Shown: piece after piece, positions 27,490 through 40,482 of the stretch
How positions within the stretch are numbered: the first letter of the stretch is position 1
Layout: the number at the start of each line of letters is the position of its first letter
Assembly: GCA_013265495.1 (NCBI GenBank)
Contig: PNXW01019480.1
Span: 62,001-126,000 of the forward strand
Length of the DNA stretch: 64,000 bases
Direction: 5' to 3'
Source of the DNA: Vicugna vicugna
Taxonomy: Eukaryota
Program-made: the position numbers and the translations under genes
Notes under the pieces: model-generated
The model's input: only the letters and a program-made list of their open reading frames with translations
Told to the model about the DNA's origin: nothing
The model's database searches: none

Positions 27490-28060
27490 CATGCTCATAG
27501 CAACACTATTTATAATAGCCAAGACATAGAACAACCTAAATGTCCACCAGCAGATGAATGTATAAAGATGTGATGTGATGTGATGTGTGTGCGTGTGTAG
27601 TGGAATATTACTAAACCACAAACAATGAAATAATGCCACTTGCAGTGACATAGATGGACCTAGAGGTTATCATACTAGTGAAGTAAGTCAGACAGAGAAA
27701 GACAAATATCATATGATATCACTTACATGTGAAATCTAAAAAAAAATGACACAAATGAACTGCTTTACAAAACAAAAACAGACTCACAGATATAGGAAAC
27801 AAACTTATGGGTGCCAAAGGGGAAAGGGGAGGTAGGGATAAATTAGGAGTAAGGGATTAACAGACACACACTACTATATATAAAATAAACAAGGACCTAC
27901 GGTATAGCACAGGTAACCATATTCCATTTCTTTTAATAACCTATAATAGAAAATAATCTGAAAATAATCAATATATATGTATATGTATAACTGAATTGCT
28001 TTGTTGTACACCTGAAACTGACACAACATTGTAAATCAACTGTACTTCAATTAAAAAAAA
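27490..28060 (+). mobile_element. L1 3' end
   Basis: atagccaagacatagaacaacctaaatgtcc...aatcaactgtacttcaattaaaaaaaa. Confidence 0.85.
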
Positions 28061-30147
28061 GAATTTAAGTTTGCATAGAAGTAGCAGTTAATCTGACAAT
28101 GGAGGAGAAACCTTTGTGTGTAGGGGTCATTTATTTAAACCACATATAGTAGCTACCAGTATGTCATCTGCCTTGAGCTTGAGAAGTACCTGAAGAAATG
28201 GGCAGTTGAGAGGACACTGTGGTCTAGTAGGGAAAGAGGGCAAATAGAAAGAAACTGTTTTATAAATGGTTAAATTTATGCTATAACATTGATCACCTTC
28301 ACTTTCTTGGAAGATTAGCCACTTCTGTTTTCCCCAATATTCCATGAGCTGATCATTTTCTATATATGCCATGTTTTTTGCATCTTGTGTAAGGAGTTCT
28401 TTCTCACCTTGATTTCATAAAGATGTTCTATATCTTCCTGTAAAGCTTTTATAATTTTCTTTTCACAATTAAGTTTATGATTCACTTGGAGTTTTATTTT
28501 TATGTACTTTATAATGTAGTGATCTTAATTTGTTTTGGAATGATTCATTGGTGGTTCAAGGACTATTTACTGAATAGTCAGTTCTTTCTCCACAGATTTA
28601 TAAAGCTCTCCTTATAATATACCAAGTTGTAATGTATGTACATATCTGGTTCTGTGCTTTCTATTCTATTCCACTGGTCTATTTGTCTATTTCTATACTG
28701 ATATCACACTGTTAATTACATAGTTTTGTAATGCATCTTAATATTTGGCCGAGAAAGACCCTCATTCTTTTCCCTCAAAATTGTTTTCTTTGCCTTTACT
28801 TTACCATATGAATTTTAAGATAAGCTTTGCATGATCTCTAAGAAATACTGAAATTTTGATTAGAACTACATTTTAGTTACAGATTATAGAGACAGAAGTG
28901 GCCTCTTTACCATAATGAAGGTGGTTTATCTCTCCTTTTATATGGATATTTTTAATGTCTTTGAAAAAAGTTTTATAATTTTCTCCATAAGGGTTTCATG
29001 TATATTTTATTAGATTTATTTCTGTGTAGTAATAGTTTCTGTTGCTCTCACTAATATTTAAAAATGACATTTTGTAATTCATTGTGACTGGTGTATGGGA
29101 CAACTTGTTTCTGGTGTACAGGTCTGAGATCCATTCACCTTGCTAACCTCTTTCTCTGGGTCTGATTGTTTATAGATTTTATTGAGTTTTTATATAACCT
29201 TTATATAAGACATACTTAAAAGTACATGAATTATACCTATACAGCTCAATGAATGATCACAAAGTGTTTTTGGTTTGTTAATGTAATTTGTGAGCAACAT
29301 TTTTGTGAGCATTTATTTTTCCCTTCGGTCCTTATACCTCTGAAAGTTGATGTCATTCTGTATAAAATAAAGTAGAATTTCTTTTCTGAGGCAGTTTCAC
29401 TTAAGCATCTCTGATACCTCATGTTCTGATGAGCTGTGTTTGATGTGTAAATACTTTTGAAGTCATCAGAAAAAAGAAATACCTTTACTTGGAAATTTGA
29501 ACAGCACTTAATAAAAAAGCCTACGGGGTGGCGATATTTCAGTTAATTGACTGCAGTCCAGGATTTGGTCTTCAGCATTTGTGAAATTCAAATGAAACTT
29601 GGTGGTAAACAAACACAAACTAATTTACTGAGACTAAGATAGGTGTGGAGAGAAACACACACACATTTTCCACTAATACATTCTTTCCAGTGACTAGAAC
29701 ACTCAGGTCCTCTGTCTAGGACACGTCAGTTGGGGAAGTCAAACTAAGAAAACAGCATGTTGCTTACTGTGAGCTTAGAATGAAAGCAAAAGAAGGTAGG
29801 GTATTTCACAAACATGGAGTCTTCTGTGCAGCTGTGGGTCATTTGAGGAACACATTTAGATGTTCTGCTTTCTCTTCATCACACCCCAAGCAGTTTGAGA
29901 GGCAACAAGATGTAGTAGGAAAATATTGGACTTTATAGACAGGGATTTAAATCCTAGCTCTTAGTGTACTGACTTTAGGAGTTACTCCTGAGTTTTATTT
30001 TTCTCACTGGTGAAATAGATATCACAACAGTGCTAATTTCAAAGAAATAGATCCTTTCAAAGTATTTGTTATATAGTAAACTGGCAGAATCGTTGGTTTG
30101 TTTTTGTTTATCCATGCCTGTGGGTAAAGAGGAAAGTGCCAATGATC

Positions 30148-30334
30148 CTTTTTTTTTTAACATTTTTATTGAGTTACAGTCATTTTACAATGTTGTGTCA
30201 ATTTCCAGTGTAGAGCACAATTTTTCAGTTATACATGAACATACATATATTCATTGTTGCATTGTTTTTGCTGTGAGCTATCACAAGATCTTGTATATAT
30301 TTCCCAGTATAATCTTGTTAATCTATTCTACATA
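30148..30334 (-). mobile_element. Short young L1 tail with TSD
   Basis: Flanked by the direct repeat tgccaatgatccttt (~30137 and ~30335). Confidence 0.85.
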
Positions 30335-30427
30335 TGCCAATGATCCTTTCTTAATTTGACCGAATGATATTAGAAGTATTCTTCTGTTTCTAAATGTTGA
30401 GACTACAGTTTCAGCTTTATCACCAGA

Positions 30428-31057
30428 TGTGTTAGTTTCCTATTGTTACTGTAATACATAATGACAAACACAGACGCTAAACAAATTAATTATCTTGTAG
30501 TTCTGGAGGTCAGCAGGCCTAAAATCAAGGTGTTAGTAGGGTTGAGCTCCCTCTAGAGGCTCTAGGTGGAAATCGGTTTCTTGCTTTTTCCAGCTTCTTA
30601 GGGGCTGCCAGTGTTCCCTTGGTTCGTGGTCCTTCACTCCATCTTCAGATCTAACAGTACAGCATCTTCAACTCTCTAACTCTGACCTTCTGCTTTCATG
30701 ATCCTGTCTCCTTCTCTAACTGACCCTCCTGCTTCCTTCTTGTTTTAACATTTTTTGTGGGGGGTGGAGAGGTAATTAGGTTTATTTATTTATTTAAAGT
30801 GGTGGTACTGGGGATTGAACTCAGTACCTTGTCCACGCTAAGCATGCACTCTGCTACTGAACTATACCCTCCCCCCTCCTGTTTACTTCTTATAAAGAGT
30901 CTTGTCATGACATTGAGCTCACTGGGATAATTCAGGATAATCTCTCCATCTCAAGATCTTTAATCAAATTTGCAAAGCCCCATTTGCTCTGTAAGGTAAC
31001 ATGTTCACAGGATCAGGACGTGGACATCTTGGAAGGGCTGTTGTTCTGTCTACCACA
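30428..31057 (-). mobile_element. MLT1 (MaLR) LTR with nested Vic-1-like SINE (~30745-30877)
   Basis: tgtgttagtttcctattg...gttctggaggtcag...ctaccaca; nested ggtactggggattgaac...ctataccctccccc. Confidence 0.8.
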
Positions 31058-32344
31058 CCAAGTTAATGAATTACCAAGTAAGATACTTAATTAGAATTAC
31101 ACATTTCTTTTGTGGGTTTTTTTGGAGAACAAAGCATCAATTTCTAAAATTGTAGGAGTCTTCCAAAATGCTTTTCTTTAAAAATTATTCTAAGGAATAA
31201 TTTGTATTAACAGAGAATAGAAGTAATTGGTATCAGTTATGAATATTCATAAGTCTCCATATTGTAAAAGAGAACAAGATTGACATTCTCATTAAAATTC
31301 TCAATTTAACATCTTTCAAGTTTAGATTATTCGAAATAATTGTGAAGCAAAATGGCTTCCACCCTTCCTGGCTGCTGGGGAGAGAGTACAAGCCTACATC
31401 TTTTGAGTTTCCTTTCGTTGATTGTGAAGATTCGCATTTGTAAAGTTAGGCTCTGGAATTTCATTAGCTATTTTTAAAGAAAAAGCAGGTCTGGAGCCCA
31501 ATTTTGTTTGTAAAAAATGGAGAAAGGACAGAAAAAGATTTTACTTATTATCAGTGAAAGTCTACATTTTGTGCCTAGTAAAGTAGTTGTTAAGATTCAG
31601 TGTGATCACTTTGACAAAGCCCTAACACCTGCTTGGTGAGTGAGAGCAGTTTGAGTCTCTTAAACTCCTCTGTACTTTCCATCTTCTGTCGCTTATTAAT
31701 TTCCTCTAACTTGTCTTAAATTTTCACAAATTATTTTCCTAATCTCCTGATTAAAGCTATCCACTAGGGATACTGTTTTTTTTTAAGTTTGATTAGGTTT
31801 CATTATAATATACCATTTGATATAGCTTCCTGTTGCTTGGAAATAATCTGCAAGTTTGTTTTTTTCTTAATTTCCTTATCCACAGTAAAATACTTACATT
31901 ATGGTTTGTGTTTGCTAATCCCGGTATTTGGAGTCTTTTCTGTTATCAGCTGATCCTGCTGGTTTGCTGCTTTGTCTATTCATGGCTCCAGGATCCCAGG
32001 GCAAGTCATATAATTCATCCTGGGCTGTGAAATGACCTGCTTCCCATTCATCCTCCCCCTGAGATGGTGGCCTTTTGGGGTCCCAGCTTATTGTAGGGAG
32101 GATCTCCTGTTGATTTTCCTACTTTGTGTACTTCTGGGTTTTAATCTGTCTTTCAAGGCAGCCAAAATGAAAGTTAAATTTTGAGGGGATTTGGCAAATG
32201 CTCTCAGGGCAGAAATTGCCTCCCTGCTTATATTTACTTCTCTAGGTTCCCCCTTTCCCATGATGTTTCCCTGATGTTTCCGTATTTTTATTGCCCTGGC
32301 TTTTTCTTGTTTTCAAATAGTTGTGACTTCTTTTTCATCAGGGT

Positions 32345-32412
32345 TTTTTTAAATTGAAGTATAGTTGGTTTATAATGTTGTGTTAGTTTCTGGTGTACAG
32401 CATAGTGGTTCA

Positions 32413-32460
<48 letters not shown>

Positions 32461-32992
32461 ATATTTTATATATAGTAGTTAGTATCTGCAAATCCTTAAC
32501 TCCCAATTTATGCCTCTATCCCACCTTTTTCCCCTCCTTGGCAACTGTAAGTTTGTTTTCTATGTCTCTGAGTCTGATTCTGTTTTGTAGATAAGTTCAT
32601 TTGTGTCTTTTTTTTTAGACCCCACATATGAGTGGTATCATATGGTATTTTTCTTTCTCTTTTTGGCTTACTTCACTTAGTATGACAATCTCCAAGTCTA
32701 TCCATGTTGTTGCAGATGACATTATTTCATTCTTTTTTAATGGCTGAGTAGTATTCCATTGCATATATATACCACAACTTCTTTATCCAGTCATCTGTTA
32801 ATGGACATTTAGGTTGTTGCCATGTCTTCGCTATTATAAATAGTGCTGCTATGAACATTGGGGTGCATGTACCTTTTTGAATTAGGGTTCCCTCTGGATA
32901 TATGCTCAGGAGTGGGGTTGCTGGATCACGTGGTAAGTCTATTTTTAGTTTTTTAAGGAATATCCATACTGTTTTCCATAATGGCTGCACCA
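32345..32992 (-). mobile_element. Young L1 3' end with (TA)n expansion
   Basis: ORF 32727..32993 is L1 ORF2p C-terminus (QPLWKTVW...MFIAALF); (TA)n at ~32418-32454. Confidence 0.9.
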
Positions 32993-33165
32993 AAAAGATT
33001 TTTTTTAGTTGGTTTCATTATAAGGATTTGTCCAAATAAGCTTGTGGGCAATTACCAGAACTTGAAAACTTTCCTTTAACTCTTTCCTACATTTTCTTTC
33101 ACATTAGATTTAGGCTCAGAACTTCTCATTGCCTTTGGTTTTATTTATTTTATAGAGGAAAGATC

Positions 33166-33556
33166 TGTCGGCTGAGGAAAAACACACAACCTAAAAGTTG
33201 GGAGTTAAGTTTTATCCGGAGGCTTTCCTGAGGGATAGGACGTTTTTGCTGGAAAAAAAAAATGTAGTCAAGCATCAAAATATTACTGGTAGTCATACAA
33301 GCAGACATCTCAAGTTAATGATTTTAGTGCTTTTCTATGTATAGGAAGATGCAAGAGTCTGGGCTCAAATTCTTCCTTAAATATACATCTTAACTATCTA
33401 GGACCTGTATATCCAAAGCACAGAATGCTTCCTGTTTTTCTCCTGAATTCCCCTCAGGGTGCACTATGTGTGTAGGAGGGGGAGCAGCTGCAGTGGCTGA
33501 TGACTTGATGGTGGACATCATTTATTGTTCACTAGAATAAACATCCACTTTCTACA
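33166..33556 (-). mobile_element. ERV1-type solo LTR
   Basis: TG...CA ends and ggaagatgcaagagtctgggctc block resembling laurasiatherian ERV1 LTRs; family not determined. Confidence 0.6.
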
Positions 33557-33762
33557 TTTCCAGTGCTCAGAAATGCAAAGATTCTTGCCCAAGGTCCCTT
33601 AGCAAGGAAGTAGTAACATTCGGATTAAAGCCTAGCTCTGAAGCCTGTGTGCTTCGTCTGGTCAGTGCACTGCATACTTTGGATTCCAATGTTTTTTGTT
33701 CCTGGATTATGACACATCTTTCTTCTAAGAGAGTAAACGACTTGTTGTGTTTTTCTTATCAG

Positions 33763-33866
33763 GTTTTTATCCTTTAAGGTCAGCGGCCACTCCCTAGCCT
33801 TGAAAAAACATGCATTTTTAGGCCTCTTTCACAAGGCCTTTGGCTGGTTCTAAAACATCCTAATAA
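33763..33866 (+). pseudogene. Degenerate KRAB-A exon
   Basis: Acceptor ttttcttatcag and donor gtaaga; translation FLSFKVSGHSLALKKHAFLGLFHKAFGWF*NIL aligns loosely with KRAB-A VTFKDVAVDFTxEEWxxLDPxQKALY; 104 nt versus the canonical 127 nt. Confidence 0.5.
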
Positions 33867-33975
33867 GTAAGAAAACCTCTTCCAGCACCCTTCCCTGTAC
33901 CTTTCAGAACTGAATTTATGGGCTTGGAGTACCCCAGCTCTAACCACAAAGTTTTATTTCCTGTTTCATCTGCAG

Positions 33976-34063
33976 GATTTTCTACATCAAAAAACCAAAC
34001 TAAATTCCTAGCTGAATTTGGAAAGAATTAAGGACAAAATGACCCAAAAAGAAATCCTCTTAG
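33976..34063 (+). pseudogene. Degenerate KRAB-B exon
   Basis: Acceptor tttcatctgcag and donor gtgagc; phase-1 translation GFSTSK/(frameshift)KLNS*LNLERIKDKMTQKEILL resembles GFxxSKPxLISQLExxxEPW..KEI; 109 nt after the KRAB-A-like exon. Confidence 0.6.
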
Positions 34064-34438
34064 GTGAGCAGAGGAAGGAACATGAGACAGGGAGGGGCTT
34101 GAGAAGTTACAGACTTGTTAGATAAAATTATGATAGTTTTGGAATTTTGGTTGGTGAATGTCCCTGTCCCCAAGGCACCTTGACATGGTGGAAAACACAG
34201 GAGCTTAAGAGTCAGGCATACTTGAGTTGGCTTTCAATTTCCCAACCTACTAATTCTAAAATACTGGGTAAGTCAGTTCCCCTCTCTAACCATCAATTTC
34301 TTCATCTCTACAGTTGGAATAATAATATGTATCTCTCAAGGTTTCCATGTGAAATAGAGATAATGTTTCAGTGAAGTGTTTGTGCTTGCTATATCTTTCC
34401 TAAATAGTTGTAGCAGCAGTTATCTTTATTGTTACAAC

Positions 34439-35245
34439 TGTAGGGGTGGGAAAATGTCCCCTTCTTCCCTTCAAGGTTCTTTGACGGGTCTAATAATTAA
34501 ATTGACATAAGACAGATGAACAGGAGAAAAACAAATTTAATCTAAATATTTTTAAATTTTATTATTTTATTGTTTTTATTTTATTTTTTTTACTGAAGTG
34601 TAGTCAGTTTACAATGTTGTATCAATTTCTGGTGTGCAGCATAATGTTTCAGTCATACATGTACATACATTAATTCATTTTCATATTATTTTCCATTATG
34701 CAAGATATTGAATCTAGTTCCCTGTGCTATACAGAATAAACTTGCTGTTTATCTATTTTATATGTAGTAGTTAGTATCTGCAAATTTTGAACTCCGAATT
34801 TATCCCCCCTCCAGTAACCTTAAGAATAAATTTAATTTTGTATGTATAGGAGTCCCATAAAAATATGAGACTCAAAGTTAAGTGACCAGAGCAGGAAGCC
34901 TTTATACCTTTTAGATAAAAAACAAAAGCAAAAAAAAAAAAAGAATTTGTGAAGAATCGACAAGGCAGAAGGGTTTGGGCTAGAAATAGTAAATAGTGAA
35001 GAATTAACAAGGTTTGTTTGTCTGGCCTTCTCAGGCCCTAAATTCCCTATCTCTGGTGGTAAGGCTGCCTTCTACCCTTCTGTTACAGTGAGGATGCCTT
35101 GCATTTGAGAAATTTATCTCCTGCTTTTGGAGGGACAAAGGAGGATCAGAGTATCCAGCTGTTTCTCAAGTTCCTTTAATTCAAAATAACATGCCATCAT
35201 GGCATATTTGGGGGTGACATATTCTGAACCTCTGGGCCCCTCTCA
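34439..35245 (-). mobile_element. ERV1-type solo LTR interrupted by an L1 tail (~34550-34820)
   Basis: tgtaggggtgggaaa...taaattgacataagacag...aacaggagaaaa block; aaatttaat repeated on both sides of the nested L1. Confidence 0.6.
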
Positions 35246-35909
35246 AACTGTCCATCTGATGGGTGCCCGTAAGACAAGGCAAAAGAGCATCTTTCGTTTC
35301 CTATTTTCTTTGTGGTTACCTTTTTGTTAGCATGTCCAGTTATTTCTCCCTTCTCTGAAAATTAATCTCTTGCTCCCTCTTTTCTTCCAAATCCTTGCTT
35401 TTCTCTCTTAGTTCTACACATTCAACACCTCCTTTTGTTTAGATCATTTTCCCATTTCCTTACTCAGTTGAATCTCTTTCATTTTCTCTACATTCCTCTC
35501 CAGACAAACCAGTCATCCTCCCGTCACTTGGCTTCTCTAAGTCCCTCTCTCCCTGAGTTGGGAGGCTACCTGAAAATGAGACAAAGCCATGAAGTCACCA
35601 GGTCTTAGCTGGCCTTCGTTTTCTGACTGATTTTCTTTCTTCCTCACTTTGGCAGCATCTTTTCATCAAGTAAAAGTTATATGTTTTTTTTTCCTGTCTC
35701 TTCTTTTTTTAATTGTTTCCTTATGGATATCTCTATCTTTTTTACATATTTGGTATTATAAAGGGAGAGACAGGCTCATTGTGAGGATTTTGGAGACCAA
35801 CAAAACTTTATAAGGAAGGAAATAAAAATCACTCATTTGATTTCCCAGCTATAATTCTTATTAATGAACTAATATATTTCCTTCCAGTATATACAGTTTT
35901 GTACCTTGC

Positions 35910-36292
35910 CATATTAGTTTGCTAGGATTGCCCTAACAAAGGACCACAGACTGGGTAGCATAAACAGCAGAAATTTATTTTCTCAGCATTCTGGGGCCTA
36001 GAAGCCTAAGATCAAGGTGTTAACAGGGTTGGTTTCTTCTTGGCCCTCTCTCCTTGGCTTGTAGATGGCTACCTTTTTATTTCTGTGTCTTCCCTTGGTC
36101 TTCCCTCTAGGTTTGCTGTGTTCTAAACTCTTCTTCTAAGAACACCAGTCATACTGGATTAAGGCCTACCCTAAAGACCTCAGTTTAATTAAATTACCTC
36201 TTTAAAGGTCCTATCTCCAAGTACAGTCACGTTCTGAGGTACTGGTGATTAGGACTTCAACATGAATTTTGAAGGGACACAATTCAGCTCAT
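35910..36292 (-). mobile_element. MLT1A/B-like MaLR LTR
   Basis: tattagtttgctagg...aaacagcagaaatttattttctca...ttaggacttcaacatgaatttt...gacacaattcagc. Confidence 0.8.
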
Positions 36293-36997
36293 GCTTTCTT
36301 CTCTAAAAATTATCTCATGAGAATCTCCTCTGTCAGCAACCCGTATCGGCAACATTTTTTTATTGAAGTATAGTCAGTTACAATGTGTCAATTTCTGGTG
36401 TACAGCATAATGTCCCAGTCATGTATATATGTATATGTATTTATTTCCATATTCTTTTTCATTAAAGGTTATTACAAGATATTGAATATAGTTCCTTGTG
36501 TTGGCAACATTTTGATGACTGCATAATATCCCGTCATATGCATATACTACAGTTTATTTGACCAATTCCATATTTTTGAATATATTGGGGGTTTCCATTT
36601 TTTTCACTAGTATAAATGCTTCAATGAAACATTTTGTACATGAATCTTTATTTGCATATCTGACCATTTTGTTGGCTATATTGCTTAAAGAGTCATTACT
36701 AGCTCAAAAGGTACGACTGTTCTCTGGCTCATAATTGCACACTGCACAGTTGTTTTCTAGAAGTTTGTGCCAATTTCCATTAATACCAGCAAGGAGAACA
36801 GTCAGACATGCCCTTACACAAACTGCTGGTGAGAATGAGAGAGGAATAATCACTCTCTCTCATGGTTGTTTCAATTTACATTTATTAATGACTAATAGGA
36901 TGAAATATTTCATACATTATTATCTGTTTGCATTTCCTTTTTTGTGAATGACTTACTCATTTTTTGACCCATTTATGTTGATGGGTCTATCATTTTA

Positions 36998-38375
36998 CAT
37001 GATAAGATTATAATGAAGAGTAGGATCTACTTCAGAGAGAAATTTCAGCAAAAGCCAAATTCCAAAGAATATTATGGATCCAAAATCCAAAGTCAATTGG
37101 TCAGAGTCTCTATGTGGAGAAGACTTGGCATTGAATGACATAGGCTGCAAGGAAGCTTGGCAGGGAAGAATCTAACTTATTCCTTTTTCCAGGGAAGTCT
37201 GTTGCAGGCACAGTACTGCCACTTATAAAAATTATCCTACTGAAGAGAAAGGTTGTGAGTGCATTGAATGAGAAAAGATTGAGCTAGATGTCTGTTTATG
37301 AGGAAAACTCCAATGTGAAAGAATGTAGAGATATGCTTCATACGACTATGACTCAGCAGAGTTTTTAGAATATGTGAAACACTGGGAAATTTTTGATGGG
37401 CAGAAGCCCTCCATGTATGATTAATGTTTAAAAGTCTTTGTTGGTGTTCAAGGTTGATGCCTCAGAGTTTTCTAGAGAGAAAGCCTCTGAAGGTAATGGA
37501 GACAAAGCAATGTTTAGTCATGATGCCAGTTTTATTTGACTTGTGAAGATTCATACCTGAGAATTTATTAATTCATACAACTGTAACAATGTGGGAAGGT
37601 GTTCAGGCTGAACTCAGTTCTCTTTACACAAAAGAAATTTCATAAGGTGGGAAAGCTTTCCCAATGTGAAAGAAATTGCACTAGCAAATCAAACTTTTTC
37701 CATCATGTGAAAGTGCATAGTGAAGAGAAACCCTATGAATGTATTAACTGTAAGAAAGACTTCAGGACAAGCTCAGACTTTTTTTTTTTAAACATGAGAA
37801 ATTTGGAAGGGGAGAAAAGCCTCTGTGCTAGTAATGCCTATGTGGAAGGCTTTCAGATCCACCTTACTAAGCATGAAAGAATTCATAGTGCAAGGAAACC
37901 TTATGCATGTAATGAATGTGGGAAAGGGGTTTTGGTGATAACAGGTCAGTCCTTATGGAACATCAGAAAACTCGTCGTAGAAATGAAAAGACAGCCTTGT
38001 TTATCACCTGCAAATTCCTAGTGGATCGAGACTAGAATGAATAAGCCTTCAATTAGTGGCTAAGTCTTATCTATCATTAAATGATTTATAAAGGCCAGAC
38101 CCTCTGTACATAAAAAATAGGAGTATTCTTTCAGCAGAATTTAGCCTTACTTGACATCAGTGAGTTCATAGTGCAGTGAATTTGGAAAGACCTTCATATT
38201 GTTTTTTTTTTTAATTGAAATATAGTCGGTTTGCAATGTTGTGTTAATTTCTGGTGTACAGCATAGTGATTCAGGAAAGGCCATCAATTTGAAGTGTAAT
38301 CTTACTCAGCATTAGACAACACAGGAATCTTATTAATGTAATGTTGTGGAAAGGTCTTTGTGAGAAAAATCAGAT
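36998..38375 (+). pseudogene. Degenerate C2H2 zinc-finger array exon (KRAB-ZNF last exon)
   Basis: ORF 37599..38021 contains HHVKVHSEEKPYECINCKKDF and HLTKHERIHSARKPYACNECGKG; further finger-like units on both sides carry stops and frameshifts; preceded by spacer-like sequence; short L1 tail inserted at ~38201-38273. Confidence 0.88.
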
Positions 38376-38830
38376 CTTGGTAAAAATGAAAAAAGTTTCA
38401 TAATAAAAGTTAACGAAAATATTTTCCATTTATTGCATATAATTATACAACTACCATGTGCCAAGCACTGCAAGAACTTTACATAATTAATCATTTAATT
38501 CTTGCAATAATCTTATAACTCTCATCTTTTTTTTACCTGTGAAGAAACTGAAGCAAAGAGATGGAAGAATTTTATCAAGGTCAGATAGCTATCAGAGCCA
38601 GGATTTGAACCCTAGACAGTTTAATTGTTCTGGATTTATAGTGGCAATGTGTAAATCTTCAGAGGTGTGTTAGCCTTTATTTATTATTTTGGAATTCATT
38701 CAAGAAATTAGAATTCACTCTTCAGTGCAGTGAGTTTTGGTAACCTTGGGTCAGTTTTGGAATCTGGTAGATACTCCAAGAAACTCTGTATTGGGGTCCA
38801 TAAAATGGAGTAAAGGTTATAGTTTATCCT

Positions 38831-39397
38831 TTTAGGTTGTTTCCACATCTTGGCTATTGTAAATAGTGGAAACAACGTAAATGTCCATTAACAGATGACT
38901 GGATAAAGAAGATGTGGGGCATGTATATATATATATAATATTACTCAGCCATAAAAAAGAATGAAATAATGCCATTTGCAGCAACATGGATGGACCTAGA
39001 GATTATCATATTAAGTGAAGTAAATCAGACAGAGAAAGACAGATATCATATGATACCACTTATGTGTGGAATTTTTAAAAAGATGATACAAATTCTATTT
39101 ATAAACCAAGAACAGACTCACGTACATAGACAACAAACTATGGTTACCAAAGGGGAAAGGGTAGGAATGGATAAATTGGGGGCTGTAGATTAACAGACAC
39201 ACAAATAGATAAACAGCAAGGACCTACTGTAGAGCACAGGGAACTATATTCAATTTCTTGTAAGAACATATAGTGGAAAAGGATCTGAAAAGAAAAGAAT
39301 ATATATGTATGTATATGCATATGTATAACTGAATCACTTTGCTGTACACCTGAAACTAACATTGTAAATCAACTACACTTCAATACATTTTTTAAAA

Positions 39398-39441
<44 letters not shown>

Positions 39442-39447
39442 AAAAAA
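38831..39447 (+). mobile_element. 5'-inverted L1 3' end with (AAAT)n tail
   Basis: Inverted segment 38831-38868, sense body to the (AAAT)n at ~39395-39443; TSD agtttatcct at 38821-38830 and 39450-39459. Confidence 0.85.
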
Positions 39448-40482
39448 GGAGTTTATCCTGGAACTCCCTTCGAATAGGGATCACCTCCAACCTTGAGCAG
39501 CTTCATCAATAAAATTCTCTTAAATGTTCACCATAACCACTTCTCATGGTGTAGGGAGTGTGATGGAGTATACAGATCACAGGCTCTGAGATCTGCTAGG
39601 ACAGTGTCATCATCAGGAACTAAGGGAGAGTTGTCCAGTTCTAAAAAAAAGACTGAGTAGGAATGGAGGCCAGACTGATGTATGTGCTGGGAGCTTCAGG
39701 AACAGAGCCAGATCATTTTAGGGATTATAACCAGATAAGCCAAAATAAGCTGAAGAAATCTAGCCTTTAAGAAGAGAAACTAGGGTACATGGAGTGATTT
39801 TTCTCCTGGATGGGTATAGATATGGGTTGCTTGTCTTTTACTACTTAAAATTACCATGGGGATATTCAGTGCTTCAGCACTCAAAGATCAGTGTGACTTC
39901 AAGAAACTCAAGGTATAAGAAATACAAATATATACCCTTTCACTTTAAGAAGGCACCACAGTATAGCAGAAAGTGTTCATGTTCTAGAACCAGATATACT
40001 TGGGTTTATTTGCCAGCTTAACTGCCTTCCAGCTGTATGACCTTGATTATATTAATAAAGCTCTCTGAGTCTCATGGTGCTCATTTTTTAGGTACGAATA
40101 TTCATACCACACCAAAGTTGTAAAGATTCAAGGGACTTTAAGGGTCATAATGTGTCGAGAGCAGTACCTGGCACACAGTACACACTTAATGAATGTTTGC
40201 TATTGTTTTTGTAAGTTCTGCCAGGGCTTCAACTCTCCATAATACAGAGCTCCCCAACTCCAGTGTTGTACAGCTGTATTGAGATATTAATCACCTTAGA
40301 CCATGAGCTTCTGCTAACTCATATGGTACCTTAGTGTGAATTGGAATATGATATCTCTTCCTCAAGACACCTTATGACTTCCTGCCAGAAAACTGTCATC
40401 ATAAGTGCAGGTATCTATGATGTGTGTAACGTGAATGATCTTCCACAGAATCATGTGATACACAGCTTGCACAGTCTACATC

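Noticed and set aside
37599..38021. 140-aa zinc-finger ORF as a functional gene
   Set aside because: Starts at a non-ATG codon mid-array, most fingers lack Cys/His ligands or shift frame, and the surrounding exon is full of stops.
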